Positions 21,937 to 31,436 of a stretch of DNA of 64,000 bases are shown piece by piece. The notes below the pieces were generated by a model. That model saw only the letters and a list, made by a program, of their open reading frames with translations. It was not told the DNA's origin and did not search any database. A program made the translations under genes and the position numbers. How positions within the stretch are numbered: the stretch's first letter is position 1; every line of letters starts with the position of its first letter. The DNA is taken from NCBI GenBank assembly GCA_963713605.1, contig CAVQMO010000010.1, positions 1,056,001-1,120,000 on the forward strand, read 5' to 3'. This stretch comes from an uncultured Nitrososphaerales archaeon (GTDB lineage: Archaea; Thermoproteota; Nitrososphaeria; Nitrososphaerales; Nitrososphaeraceae).

Positions 21937-23460
21937 ATGCCTATTCGCAGTGGGGGAGAATATATACAGAGTCTTAGAGGGCGAAATCTAGAGGTATATT
22001 TATTTGGAGAACTTGTAAATGAACCCGTTGATCATCCTATGATACGACCCTCGATTAATGCTGTCGCTGAAACCTATGAATTGGCCGAGAAGGAGCCTGA
22101 GCTAGCTTCGGTTCAATCGTCCCTGTCTAAAACGAGAGTGAATAGATTTCTACACATTACTGAAAGTGCAGCGGATTTAGTCAATCAGAATCGTATGCAG
22201 CGAAAATTAGGACAACTGACCGCCACTTGTTTTCAGAGATGTGTCGGAATGGATGCTCTGAATTCTTTGTATTCCACTACTTATGAGATCGATAAGAAGT
22301 ATAATACCGAGTATCATCCTCGATTAAAAGAATTTATAAGATTTGTTCAAACTGAAAATTTGGTTATTGGTGGAGCAATGACTGACGTAAAGGGTGATCG
22401 AAGTCTTTCTCCCAGCCAACAGGACGACCCGGATATGTTTCTCCATATCTCAAAAAGAGATGAGAATGGTGTATACGTGACCGGAGCTAAAGCACATCAG
22501 ACTGGCTGCATCAATTCACATTGGATACTGGTAATGCCTACCATGAGATTGCGATCAGAAGATCGGGATTACGCGATAGTGGGCGCAGTACCCGTTGATG
22601 CTCCTGGGATAATATACATTTACGGCAGACAATCATGCGATACGCGGAGCATGGAAGGTGGAGAGATTGACGCCGGAAATGCACAGTTTTCTGGTCAAGA
22701 GGCCATGATAATTTTTAAGGACGTATTCATTCCAAAAAAAATGATTTTCATGGATGGAGAAGTCGAGTATGCATCAATGCTTGTTGAGCGCTTTACATGC
22801 TATCATAGACGGAGTTATGTTTGCAAGACTGGTTTAGGGGACGTCTTAATCGGAGCTGCTGCTGCAATCGCGGATTACAATGGGGTGGCAAACGCTTCTC
22901 ATATCAAGGATAAGCTAGTCGAAATGACTCATTTGAATGAGACTATTTTTGCAGCAGGAATTGCTTCGTCGTACCAATCCCAACAGACTGCTTCTGGTAA
23001 TTTTCAAAACGACGATATGCTCGCTAACGTCTGCAAGCACAATGTAACTAGATTTCCTTATGAGCTGAGCAGAATAGCTCAGGATGTTGCAGGAGGTTTA
23101 ATGGTGACAATGCCTTCTGAGAAGGACTTTAAGAGCCCAAAAGTTGGGCCTTTGCTTGATAAATACCTAAAGGGAAGAAAAGGTGTATCGACGGAAAACC
23201 GTGTTAGAATATTGAGATTAATTGAAAACATGACACTTGGCAGGAACGCGGTGGGATATCTTACTGAATCAATGCATGGAGCCGGTTCACCTCAGGCACA
23301 ACGCATTCAAATTGCAAGACAAATGCAATTGGGATACAAAAAGAAGTTAGCAAAGAAATTAGCAAATGTCCACGAAGGTGAAACAGAAGAGTTAGACCAT
23401 GAACAGGCAGATTATTTTAATAAGATATTCGGAATGGACGATTCAAAACGCGTCACTTGA
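21937..23460 (+). CDS. abfD: 4-hydroxybutyryl-CoA dehydratase (HP/HB carbon-fixation cycle)
   Basis: TCFQRCVGMDA, GAMTDVKGDRS, GAKAHQTG, YHRRSYVCK, MHGAGSPQAQR. Confidence 0.95.
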   Translation: MPIRSGGEYIQSLRGRNLEVYLFGELVNEPVDHPMIRPSINAVAETYELAEKEPELASVQSSLSKTRVNRFLHITESAADLVNQNRMQRKLGQLTATCFQRCVGMDALNSLYSTTYEIDKKYNTEYHPRLKEFIRFVQTENLVIGGAMTDVKGDRSLSPSQQDDPDMFLHISKRDENGVYVTGAKAHQTGCINSHWILVMPTMRLRSEDRDYAIVGAVPVDAPGIIYIYGRQSCDTRSMEGGEIDAGNAQFSGQEAMIIFKDVFIPKKMIFMDGEVEYASMLVERFTCYHRRSYVCKTGLGDVLIGAAAAIADYNGVANASHIKDKLVEMTHLNETIFAAGIASSYQSQQTASGNFQNDDMLANVCKHNVTRFPYELSRIAQDVAGGLMVTMPSEKDFKSPKVGPLLDKYLKGRKGVSTENRVRILRLIENMTLGRNAVGYLTESMHGAGSPQAQRIQIARQMQLGYKKKLAKKLANVHEGETEELDHEQADYFNKIFGMDDSKRVT

Positions 23461-24199
23461 GCAAATGTAGCTATTTACACCTGTAACGCGTGGTTCATTC
23501 AGTTCACAAAGATTAGCTAGAATACAAGTAATGATTTTAAAATAGTAGCTCGAGCGACAAATATAGAACTACGAAGCGTTTTACTATTTAACCAAACGAT
23601 TTTATCCAATAATTCCCTAATCATCTTTAGACCATCAACTTTCATTCTCGTTCATACCTCCTCTTAGTTCAATTGTTTGCTAAAAATATTGACAATACTT
23701 CTGGCAACACAAGATATAGGCGCCTCATTAACAAATGATTATGACGCAGTAGTCACAAAATAGGGTGATGCTAAGTCATCTTCATTGACCAATACGCACA
23801 ATGCATTAATTCTTGCCGAGTTGCTTAATCAAATTCATTTTCTTAAATCTACTTGTAGATTCGAGTTATGTCTAGCTATCAGATCAAGAAATAATCCCTA
23901 TCTACACGAGATAACATGCGTCTTACCATTCACGCAGGCCCTAAACGAAAATCCTTGAAGAACCATAAAATTCAGTCGAATGGTTTTTACTAGAAAGCTT
24001 TCCTTCAATGTAATCCAAATCTCTTAAATAGTAAACACCAATTCATAGGACAGTAGAAATTTTAGACCTCGTACCGAAGATCAAAGTGCTCGTTTCTTGA
24101 ATAAAGTATCATGAACCCCACATCGATATGGTAATAAAGACTACATTGGCCCTGTAATAGGAGCTATTCTTATATTTAAGCAGGATAGATTATCTGTCG

Positions 24200-24460
24200 T
24201 TGGCAACACAAGCGTATTGTGTAAAATGTAAGGCAAAACGAGATATGGAAGATGAAAAGCAGATAACGATGAAAAATGGTCAAAGGGCTTTGTCGGGAAC
24301 TTGTCCTGTTTGTGGTACAAAAATGTTCAAGATAGGTGGTGGCAGAGTGAAAGTCGCAGCTGCTCCTAAGGCTAAGGCGGGCAAAAGCAAAACAGCAAAG
24401 AAATCTAGCCCTAAGGCTAAGGTTAAGGCAAAGACGAAGTCAAAAACTAAAAGAAAGTGA
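24200..24460 (+). CDS. Small zinc-ribbon protein (DUF5679-like) with Lys/Ala-rich C-terminal tail
   Basis: AYCVKCK...MKNG...GTCPVCGTKMFKI then AAAPKAKAGKSKTAKKSSPKAKVKAKTKSKTKRK. Confidence 0.8.
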   Translation: MATQAYCVKCKAKRDMEDEKQITMKNGQRALSGTCPVCGTKMFKIGGGRVKVAAAPKAKAGKSKTAKKSSPKAKVKAKTKSKTKRK

Positions 24461-24646
24461 AAAAATCATCTGCACTTGATAAACGGAAGCAAGTGTTAGA
24501 TAACAAATTTTTTCTTCTTGTAATCGCAACAATCCTGGCGTACTTGATCGACGAAACCTAATTCTCTCCCATTACAATAGAGCATTATCAGTAGTAGTGG
24601 TGTTGATTAATTCCTCCCCCCTGCGGCCTCATGATTGGTTTCCCAC

Positions 24647-25729
24647 TCAACGTCGCTTACGAAGAGTTCGTTCGACCGTTCCTAGTTTCTCCTCGTCGCC
24701 ACACTCCCTTATAAGCTCGCGAAGAATCTCGCGAGCATTTCCATTCTTTATGTTATTTCTTGCTAATTCTATTCCTTCACTTAGCTTGTCTACTACATTC
24801 CCTATTAACAAAGCAGCAGCAGCGTTTAACACCACTACATCTTGTATTTGCTCTGGGGCATAGCCATATATGGTCTCAATGGTTACTCTAACAGATTCCT
24901 CTTTCGAACTTATTGTAAGATCGTCCCTCTCCGAAAGAGTCAAATCATATTCTTGTGGGCGGATGAGGATTGTGCTTACCTCGCCTTGATTGAAGTAAAT
25001 AACCTTACTATCGCAAGTATTAGTCAGTTCATCAAACCCATCTTGTGAATAAGCTACCATGAACCTCTTAAGACTTGAGTTTTTCATAACATTCGATATT
25101 TGTGTTAACAATGACGGTTTGGACACACCAATTAGTTGACCACTCAAGTTAACACAAGGATTGCAAAGTGGACCTACAATATTTAGAATAGTTCTTATTC
25201 CCAATCCCCTCCGGGCGATGGAGATATTTTTCATCAAGGGATGAAAATTTGGCGCGAACAGAAAGGTAACTCCAACATTATCAAGTGTATACAGCAACCT
25301 CTCGTTAGGCGAAAGAAGATCAAACCCTACAGCTTCAAGAAAATCTGCACTTCCACAAGGACCAGACATGGAACGGTTTCCGTGTTTTGCAACTCGGCAA
25401 CCCGAAGCCGCTGTGACAATGGCGGCAGCAGTACTTATGTTAAAAGTTTTCAACGTTTCTCCACCTGTACCGCAGATATCAATGGATGGTCCTAATGCGG
25501 GTCCAAACGCGTTTTCTTTCTCTCTAACTGCCTCATAGGTACCCAATATCTCGTCATCGGATTCACCCTTCATGGCTAACGCGGTGAGAAACGAACCAAT
25601 AGCTATGTCGGATTCGCTTCCATTGAACATACGTTCGAAGGCAAAAACCGTTTCCGCTTTGCTAAGATTGGCCTTTTCTGTGACCACTCTCTCGATCAAC
25701 ACTTGCAGAGGAGATCTAGCAGATTTCAT
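24647..25729 (-). CDS. trpD: Anthranilate phosphoribosyltransferase
   Basis: DICGTGG, FNIST, AKHGNRS, GSAD, GFDE. Confidence 0.95.
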   Translation of the reverse strand: MKSARSPLQVLIERVVTEKANLSKAETVFAFERMFNGSESDIAIGSFLTALAMKGESDDEILGTYEAVREKENAFGPALGPSIDICGTGGETLKTFNISTAAAIVTAASGCRVAKHGNRSMSGPCGSADFLEAVGFDLLSPNERLLYTLDNVGVTFLFAPNFHPLMKNISIARRGLGIRTILNIVGPLCNPCVNLSGQLIGVSKPSLLTQISNVMKNSSLKRFMVAYSQDGFDELTNTCDSKVIYFNQGEVSTILIRPQEYDLTLSERDDLTISSKEESVRVTIETIYGYAPEQIQDVVVLNAAAALLIGNVVDKLSEGIELARNNIKNGNAREILRELIRECGDEEKLGTVERTLRKRR

Positions 25730-26313
25730 CTTCTTATCATATTCAAAAAATTCAAAAGAATCTGAGGGCCTTGCGTTGTCATTACTGATTCCGGGTGGAA
25801 TTGTACCCCTTCAATTAGATACTTCTTGTGCTTCACTGCCATTATTTCACGATCATCCTTGGAAAGTGCAGTAACTTCTAGGCAATCCGGGACCTTGGAC
25901 GGGTCAGCAACTAGCGAATGATATCTTGTCGCTACAAATGGATTATCAATATTGATGAACAGATCACTTGAAGCATACTCTATCTCACTTACCTTTCCAT
26001 GCCTAATCTCCTTAGCATTAATAATCCTTCCGCCAAATGAGCTGACAATGCCTTGATGTCCTAGACAAATGCCAAGTATAGGAAATGAAGGGCCCATCTC
26101 ACTGATAACACTGCCGCATATTCCAAAGTCTCGCTTCTCTGTAGGAGTTCCTGGACCTGGCGATATCACGATACCATCCGGATTCATTTTCCTAATTTCT
26201 CTAATAGAGCTTTCATCATTTCGCACCACCGTTGGTTTATATCCAAGCTTGCCAATTAGTTGAGCCACATTGTAAACGAAAGAGTCATAGTTGTCAATGA
26301 TAAGGATTTTCAA
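25726..26313 (-). CDS. trpG: Anthranilate synthase component II (glutamine amidotransferase)
   Basis: IDNYDSF, SPGPG, GICLGHQ, RYHSL, QFHPES. Confidence 0.95.
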   Translation of the reverse strand: MKILIIDNYDSFVYNVAQLIGKLGYKPTVVRNDESSIREIRKMNPDGIVISPGPGTPTEKRDFGICGSVISEMGPSFPILGICLGHQGIVSSFGGRIINAKEIRHGKVSEIEYASSDLFINIDNPFVATRYHSLVADPSKVPDCLEVTALSKDDREIMAVKHKKYLIEGVQFHPESVMTTQGPQILLNFLNMIRR

Positions 26314-26494
26314 CTTGAAATGTCACCTCCATATGAAATCTCTGCACTTCGTTTGTAGTTGAAGCCGGAAGTGAATCGATCACGAGTGTATGCATAATTA
26401 AATTTCTTCAACCTATAAAAATCTAATTGATACTTGGATAGTTTTCTATAGGACAACTACAGTATATAAAAGCAAACCTTCTGCTTCTTATTCT

Positions 26495-27541
26495 ATGGTG
26501 AAGCAAAAGGTCAAAGTATTCATTAATGGATATGGGAATATAGGAAGGAGAATCGCTTCGGCCCTATCAAAGGACAACGAAATTGATTTGTTAGGGATTG
26601 CCAAATACACCATGGATGAGCAGATGTTAATAGATCTCAAGGCTAAATTTGATATTTACGTCCCTGAAAACTTAGTCCATAGATACAAGAACTCGATAAC
26701 CGGCTCTATTGGAGAAGCTGTCTCTGAGTGTGACCTAGTGTTAGATGCGGCTAAGGAAGGCGGCGGATACAGTAATAAAATTAAACTCTATGAACCTCTC
26801 CGAAAACCTGCTATCTTCCAAGGAGGAGAAGAACGACATGGTGATAGAGCAGTCGCAAAAATGATACATAATTCCAGGGTAAATTACGATGAAGCTTCAG
26901 GGAAACAGTACGTAATCCAAGGCAGCTGTAACGTATCTGGAATGGGGAAGATCATTCAGCCGCTGATGGAAAGGTTTGGGGATGAAATCCAACGTTTTGA
27001 TGTCACTTTGGTTAGAAGGTGGGCAGATCTAGAAGATTCCAAAGAAGTGAAAGATTCCATCCAGTGGGACAAGAATCCACATCATCAAGAGGACGTGAAG
27101 GACTTTATTCCTCGTGCCAATCTTTTTGTTGAGGCTTTTAAAGTGCCTTCTAGAATGATGCATCTTCACCAGATGATTGTCCGATTTGGTTCAAAATCAC
27201 CTACCAAGGACCAAATTCTAGACGTATTTACTAAAGAATTCGCTGTAGCCATTTTAAATTCTGCTAAAGGAACTGCGGATGTTAGAATGAAAGCAATTGA
27301 GCTCGGATTTGAACATGGAGACACGAACATGGTACACATTCATCAAGACGTGCTACGAACCCAAGGTGAAACCCTAAAGATTGTATATTCAGACGACCAA
27401 ACAGGTCTGGTAATCCCAGAGAATCATCTTCTTCTCCAGTCAATGATTATGCGGAGACCTAGGTTAGAAGCAATAAAAAGAACAGACGAATTATTTCGAA
27501 TTAGCGAAAAGAAAGAAAAGCTGGAAAAGGAATTTGGTTAA
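26495..27541 (+). CDS. gap: Archaeal (type II) glyceraldehyde-3-phosphate dehydrogenase
   Basis: NGYGNIGRR, IFQGGE, SCN, RRWAD, HHQED, IPEN. Confidence 0.9.
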   Translation: MVKQKVKVFINGYGNIGRRIASALSKDNEIDLLGIAKYTMDEQMLIDLKAKFDIYVPENLVHRYKNSITGSIGEAVSECDLVLDAAKEGGGYSNKIKLYEPLRKPAIFQGGEERHGDRAVAKMIHNSRVNYDEASGKQYVIQGSCNVSGMGKIIQPLMERFGDEIQRFDVTLVRRWADLEDSKEVKDSIQWDKNPHHQEDVKDFIPRANLFVEAFKVPSRMMHLHQMIVRFGSKSPTKDQILDVFTKEFAVAILNSAKGTADVRMKAIELGFEHGDTNMVHIHQDVLRTQGETLKIVYSDDQTGLVIPENHLLLQSMIMRRPRLEAIKRTDELFRISEKKEKLEKEFG

Positions 27542-27790
27542 AATTTTGAAACTAGCTTTTTTGTATTATCAATTCCCATGTTATACTTTCTTCTGGACCT
27601 TGCATAGTATCGATCGTATGAGAATATCTTTATTTATTGTTCACTGTTGAGTTTGGTCCTGATGCCATAGACTTATTCAAAGGATGCAAGGTGGTTTTGA
27701 ACTGACTTCGTCCTATTTAGTCATTGTATATCAGGACACCATAGGAACAGACGCCTAACCTTCAGGAATGGATGGTCTTACCTAATTAGA

Positions 27791-28687
27791 CTAACGAGTA
27801 ATAATATCCACATGATCAATCTTGGGTATTATGGTGTGTTCAGACTGAGTTACGATTTGGCCTTGAGTCTCGATCAGGATAGGATAGGCATGAATATTTT
27901 TCTTTGCGACTAGAACGTCTATTGAGCTGAGCACTTCAGCAGCTTCATAGCTATCCATCAACCATCTAGCTGCGAATGGTAAGGTTTTATACGTGTTCCA
28001 TATTGTTTCCAAGATATTATCAGCTTTCTTGTCTTTGGAAGGTTTCCTAGATCGAATCGCAAAGATGTTCCTTGTTTTCCCCTCGAATACAACACCCTGA
28101 CCATTCTTTGTGGTCACAAATGGTTCGATTGCGTAAGCTTGGTTTTCCACTAACCCAAATGATGGTCCTATGGTGCGTATATTTGGTATCGATTTCCCTG
28201 CGTGAATAGTATACTGTTCCAAAGAATGACCGCTCAAATTCTGGATGGGTTTGAAGCCAAATTTGGCTATCGTGCTTTCAATAACCTTTCCTATTTCGTT
28301 TACGCGGGCGTTAGCGGTGGCGTATCTTACTGCCTCGGCCAATGCGGCCTCTGATGCTCTTACTAGAGGATCATACTTCGCGTCGTAGCAAACCGTTATA
28401 GCAGTATCAGCTATATATCCGTAAATTTGCACACCTATGTCGATCTTGAGTACGTCACCGTCCTTTACCTCTGTTTCATCGTATGGCTCGGCAGTATAAT
28501 GTGCAGCTACATCATTTAGGCTGACATTGACAGGGAAGGCAGGAAGTCCTCCAAGTACCCGAATCTTATTTTCCAAAGTATTACAAATGTCCAGCAGTCT
28601 TCTTCCAACATAGTTGGTATTTCTTGCAGTCTCCCTAACCTCGGACGCTATTTGTCCTGCCTTCTGATAGCACTGCAGATAATCCAT
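27791..28687 (-). CDS. map: Methionine aminopeptidase type II
   Basis: AFPVN, AAHYT, KIDIGV, IADTA, NLSGH, AIEPF, EHT. Start moved to MDYLQ because the longer ORF overlaps tRNA-Pro. Confidence 0.93.
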   Translation of the reverse strand: MDYLQCYQKAGQIASEVRETARNTNYVGRRLLDICNTLENKIRVLGGLPAFPVNVSLNDVAAHYTAEPYDETEVKDGDVLKIDIGVQIYGYIADTAITVCYDAKYDPLVRASEAALAEAVRYATANARVNEIGKVIESTIAKFGFKPIQNLSGHSLEQYTIHAGKSIPNIRTIGPSFGLVENQAYAIEPFVTTKNGQGVVFEGKTRNIFAIRSRKPSKDKKADNILETIWNTYKTLPFAARWLMDSYEAAEVLSSIDVLVAKKNIHAYPILIETQGQIVTQSEHTIIPKIDHVDIITR

Positions 28688-28759
28688 GGGACAGGAGAAT
28701 CTGTTTATCATGATATATATAGAGCTACTGTGTGTGAAAAAAAGGAAACTGAATTGACC

Positions 28760-28833
28760 GGGGTCGTTGTCTAGCTTGGTATGATGCCAGCCTTGGGCGC
28801 TGGAGGCCGCCGGTTCAAATCCGGCCGATCCCA
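28760..28833 (+). tRNA. tRNA-Pro(TGG)
   Basis: GGGGTCG...CCAGC CT TGG GC GCTGG...GCCGG TTCAAAT CCGGC CGATCCC A cloverleaf; TATA-like element at ~28713. Confidence 0.95.
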
Positions 28834-28928
28834 TGGTTATTCAATCTGCAATGGTTCGTTCGGCTTCTTATGAGCTATCCAGAGCTGGTAGCAGATATAC
28901 TAATAAAGTTTAGCTGGTTAAGTGTAAC

Positions 28929-29102
28929 GTGAAGTCAATAATCATAGAGGATTCAACATTTAAAAGATTATCTGGAATCCTCGCTGAGACTATGCATATC
29001 TCCAAGAGAGATCTTACGTATGACGATCTTTTCAATGAGCTCATAGATGTTTACCAGGAACACAATTGGGGGGCTCTCGGTGGTGGTGCAGGTGGAGGTT
29101 AG
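28929..29102 (+). CDS. 57-aa ribbon-helix-helix-like protein with Gly-rich C-terminus (below ORF-track cutoff)
   Basis: MKSIIIEDSTFKRLSGILAETMHISKRDLTYDDLFNELIDVYQEHNWGALGGGAGGG*. Confidence 0.65.
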   Translation: MKSIIIEDSTFKRLSGILAETMHISKRDLTYDDLFNELIDVYQEHNWGALGGGAGGG

Positions 29103-29248
29103 CTTTTTCACTCCGTATGTGTCATATCAAGATTTGCAAGAGCTAGATAACTATCAAAATAAGACGATAGTGAAGAGGATAGTAGTTAAGGCTAGTATCT
29201 AGAATATTTAACGTAACTCCTTTAATATTAAAAACAATAACAGGCCTT

Positions 29249-29560
29249 TTGGCGATGGTCAAAAAGGAGTTCATTATGGTAGTTGATGATACCCAGATCC
29301 CAGTTTTGGGCCATACTCACAGAAATGTCGCTGTAAAGTACCTCATGAAAAGGAGAAGATCCCTTTTGATGACCAAAGATCCTTCAAAGGTTGAAAATAT
29401 GTATACGAGTCTTCCTACACAAATAATGGTAAGGAGTAAGAGGGTTAGTCATGCATATGATATAAACTGGGAGAGGGTAGGTACAGAAAATTTTGAGGGT
29501 TCTAGGTTCCCATTTACGATCTCAGAACAAGTTCAGCTTCAGACCTTGAGCGGACCTTGA
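29249..29560 (+). CDS. Hypothetical protein
   Basis: Intact 103-aa ORF behind an AT-rich promoter-like region. Confidence 0.7.
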   Translation: MAMVKKEFIMVVDDTQIPVLGHTHRNVAVKYLMKRRRSLLMTKDPSKVENMYTSLPTQIMVRSKRVSHAYDINWERVGTENFEGSRFPFTISEQVQLQTLSGP

Positions 29561-29978
29561 CTATGCTAGAATACTAAGTTAAGGAGAATAAAATCATCTC
29601 AGCGCAATTCTCATGTCGTCCAAACCAAGTCGGTTCATCATCACTAGCCCACCCCGAAGAGCGATCCAATTAGCGTTATCATCTATTTTTCTTTACATAC
29701 CTCTCCTTCTACGAACCTTTCGAACGATGAAATTGCCTTAAGCCTTCTCCATGCCTCCGGGCGATTCTAGTTGTTCATCTGCTCACGATAATGTTTATTC
29801 GACATTGACCTTTGAGGTAGGCAAAAGAAGCTTAAACTGTCTTGCTGAACAGTAGCGATCAACCAATGGGTCTGACATTTGGATGAGGTATGCAACGGGT
29901 GCTTCTCAAAATATATAGGCAGGTAGCTTCTATATACTTGTTAAGAGGGATTTGAGTTTATCTGGAGGCTACTGGTGA

Positions 29979-31418
29979 ATGTCAGGTGATTTTAAAGCAA
30001 TGGTTGAGGTCCTGCTTGAAAAAAAGCCAGAGATCAGCGCAGAAGACATTAAAAATCTTGTAGACGAGAAAAAGCGGAAGATTGGGGCGGGTTACCTGAC
30101 TGATCAGGGGGCTTTATTTCTCGTCGCCGCTGACCTGGGCATCTCACTTGAACGAAATCAGTCCAGCCTCCAGAAACTAAAGGATCTTTATGTGGGGGCA
30201 AGAGATATCAGTGTTGTTGGCAGAGTAATGTCGATCTATCCCACACGTACTTTCATGAGAAAGGATAATAGCGAAGAGTTGCGCAACAGAACCCTTACGA
30301 TTCTTGACGGCGATGCTGCAATAAGGCTCAAACTTTGGGAGAAGAGAGTCGAATTTCCAGAGGAATCCGGTTTACGTCCAGGAGATCTCATTAAAGTGAC
30401 CAAAGGTTACGTTAAATCAGGTCTAGACGGAAAACCAATCCTTAACGTGGGAGATATGAGCGCTATTGATGTAATTAAGGAAGGTATTATGGATATACCA
30501 ACTCTGGACCATTTTGCATGTGATATTTCAAAAATTTCCGGTCAAACTGACAATGTGGTAATTTTCGGAAGGATTTCATCATCACCTAGAATAGTTGAAT
30601 ATAAGAACATTAGAGGTCAAGACAGCAAGGCTCTTCAGTTGAATGTATCAAACGATGATGGCACAAAGACAGTGCGAACAGTTATCTGGAATATAGACGA
30701 ATCGAGACTTCCCAAGATTTTGGCAGTGGGTTCGAATATAAACCTCGTAGGTGTAAGAATTAAGCAAGGAAGTGCGCAATATGGAAACTCCGAATTTGAA
30801 ATACACGGAGATGAAGGGACTTCTCTGGATATATCCAACTCTGGAGTAGAACCTGATGTACTAGCCCTCAAATTGATTTCTATCGGAAAGGACTTAGGAA
30901 CTGGCTACCTAGAATGTCTCGCTTTCCAAAAAGATGGGAAGATCACCATGCTTAGAATTGATTCTAAGTTGTTGAAAACCTCGATCAATTCGGGTACAAT
31001 AATTCAATGCATACCAAGCATGATTCTTGGTAATCAAATAACTCTGTCTAGGGATGATTCCTATGTCAGCGAGATCGAAGATGATTCATCATTCCCATCC
31101 ATTGAAACGCTCGAAACCAAAATCGAAGACATTACCAATTCTGACCGTCCGTATCTGGTTGAAGGAATCGTGCTTCAGACACCCTCAATCAATACCGTTA
31201 CTACAAGAAATGGGGAGAATATCTCACTGGCCGAGACTATGTTAGGGGATGATACTGCTGAAATAACCCTTTTAGGGTGGAGAGATCTATCTAATCTTGT
31301 AACCGATCTTAAGGTTGGCGAGAGAATAAAAATCAGAGGAGTCGTCACTAGCACCAGTAGGGACGGCAAACTTCAAATCTCATTGAAACCTTATTCTAGC
31401 ATTCACAAAATTGGGTAA
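29979..31418 (+). CDS. Multi-OB-fold single-stranded DNA-binding protein (RPA-like)
   Basis: N-terminal GYLTDQGALFLVA motif and several OB folds (LKLW, TVIW, LGDDTAEITLLGW). Confidence 0.88.
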   Translation: MSGDFKAMVEVLLEKKPEISAEDIKNLVDEKKRKIGAGYLTDQGALFLVAADLGISLERNQSSLQKLKDLYVGARDISVVGRVMSIYPTRTFMRKDNSEELRNRTLTILDGDAAIRLKLWEKRVEFPEESGLRPGDLIKVTKGYVKSGLDGKPILNVGDMSAIDVIKEGIMDIPTLDHFACDISKISGQTDNVVIFGRISSSPRIVEYKNIRGQDSKALQLNVSNDDGTKTVRTVIWNIDESRLPKILAVGSNINLVGVRIKQGSAQYGNSEFEIHGDEGTSLDISNSGVEPDVLALKLISIGKDLGTGYLECLAFQKDGKITMLRIDSKLLKTSINSGTIIQCIPSMILGNQITLSRDDSYVSEIEDDSSFPSIETLETKIEDITNSDRPYLVEGIVLQTPSINTVTTRNGENISLAETMLGDDTAEITLLGWRDLSNLVTDLKVGERIKIRGVVTSTSRDGKLQISLKPYSSIHKIG

Positions 31419-31436
31419 TCTTAAATGTGTCCCAAA

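Noticed and set aside
28688..28834. N-terminal extension of the Met aminopeptidase ORF
   Set aside because: It is the antisense of tRNA-Pro and its promoter.
29598..29879. Protein-like minus-strand sequence starting MSDPLV
   Set aside because: Needs many indels and no family was recognised, so a call cannot be supported.
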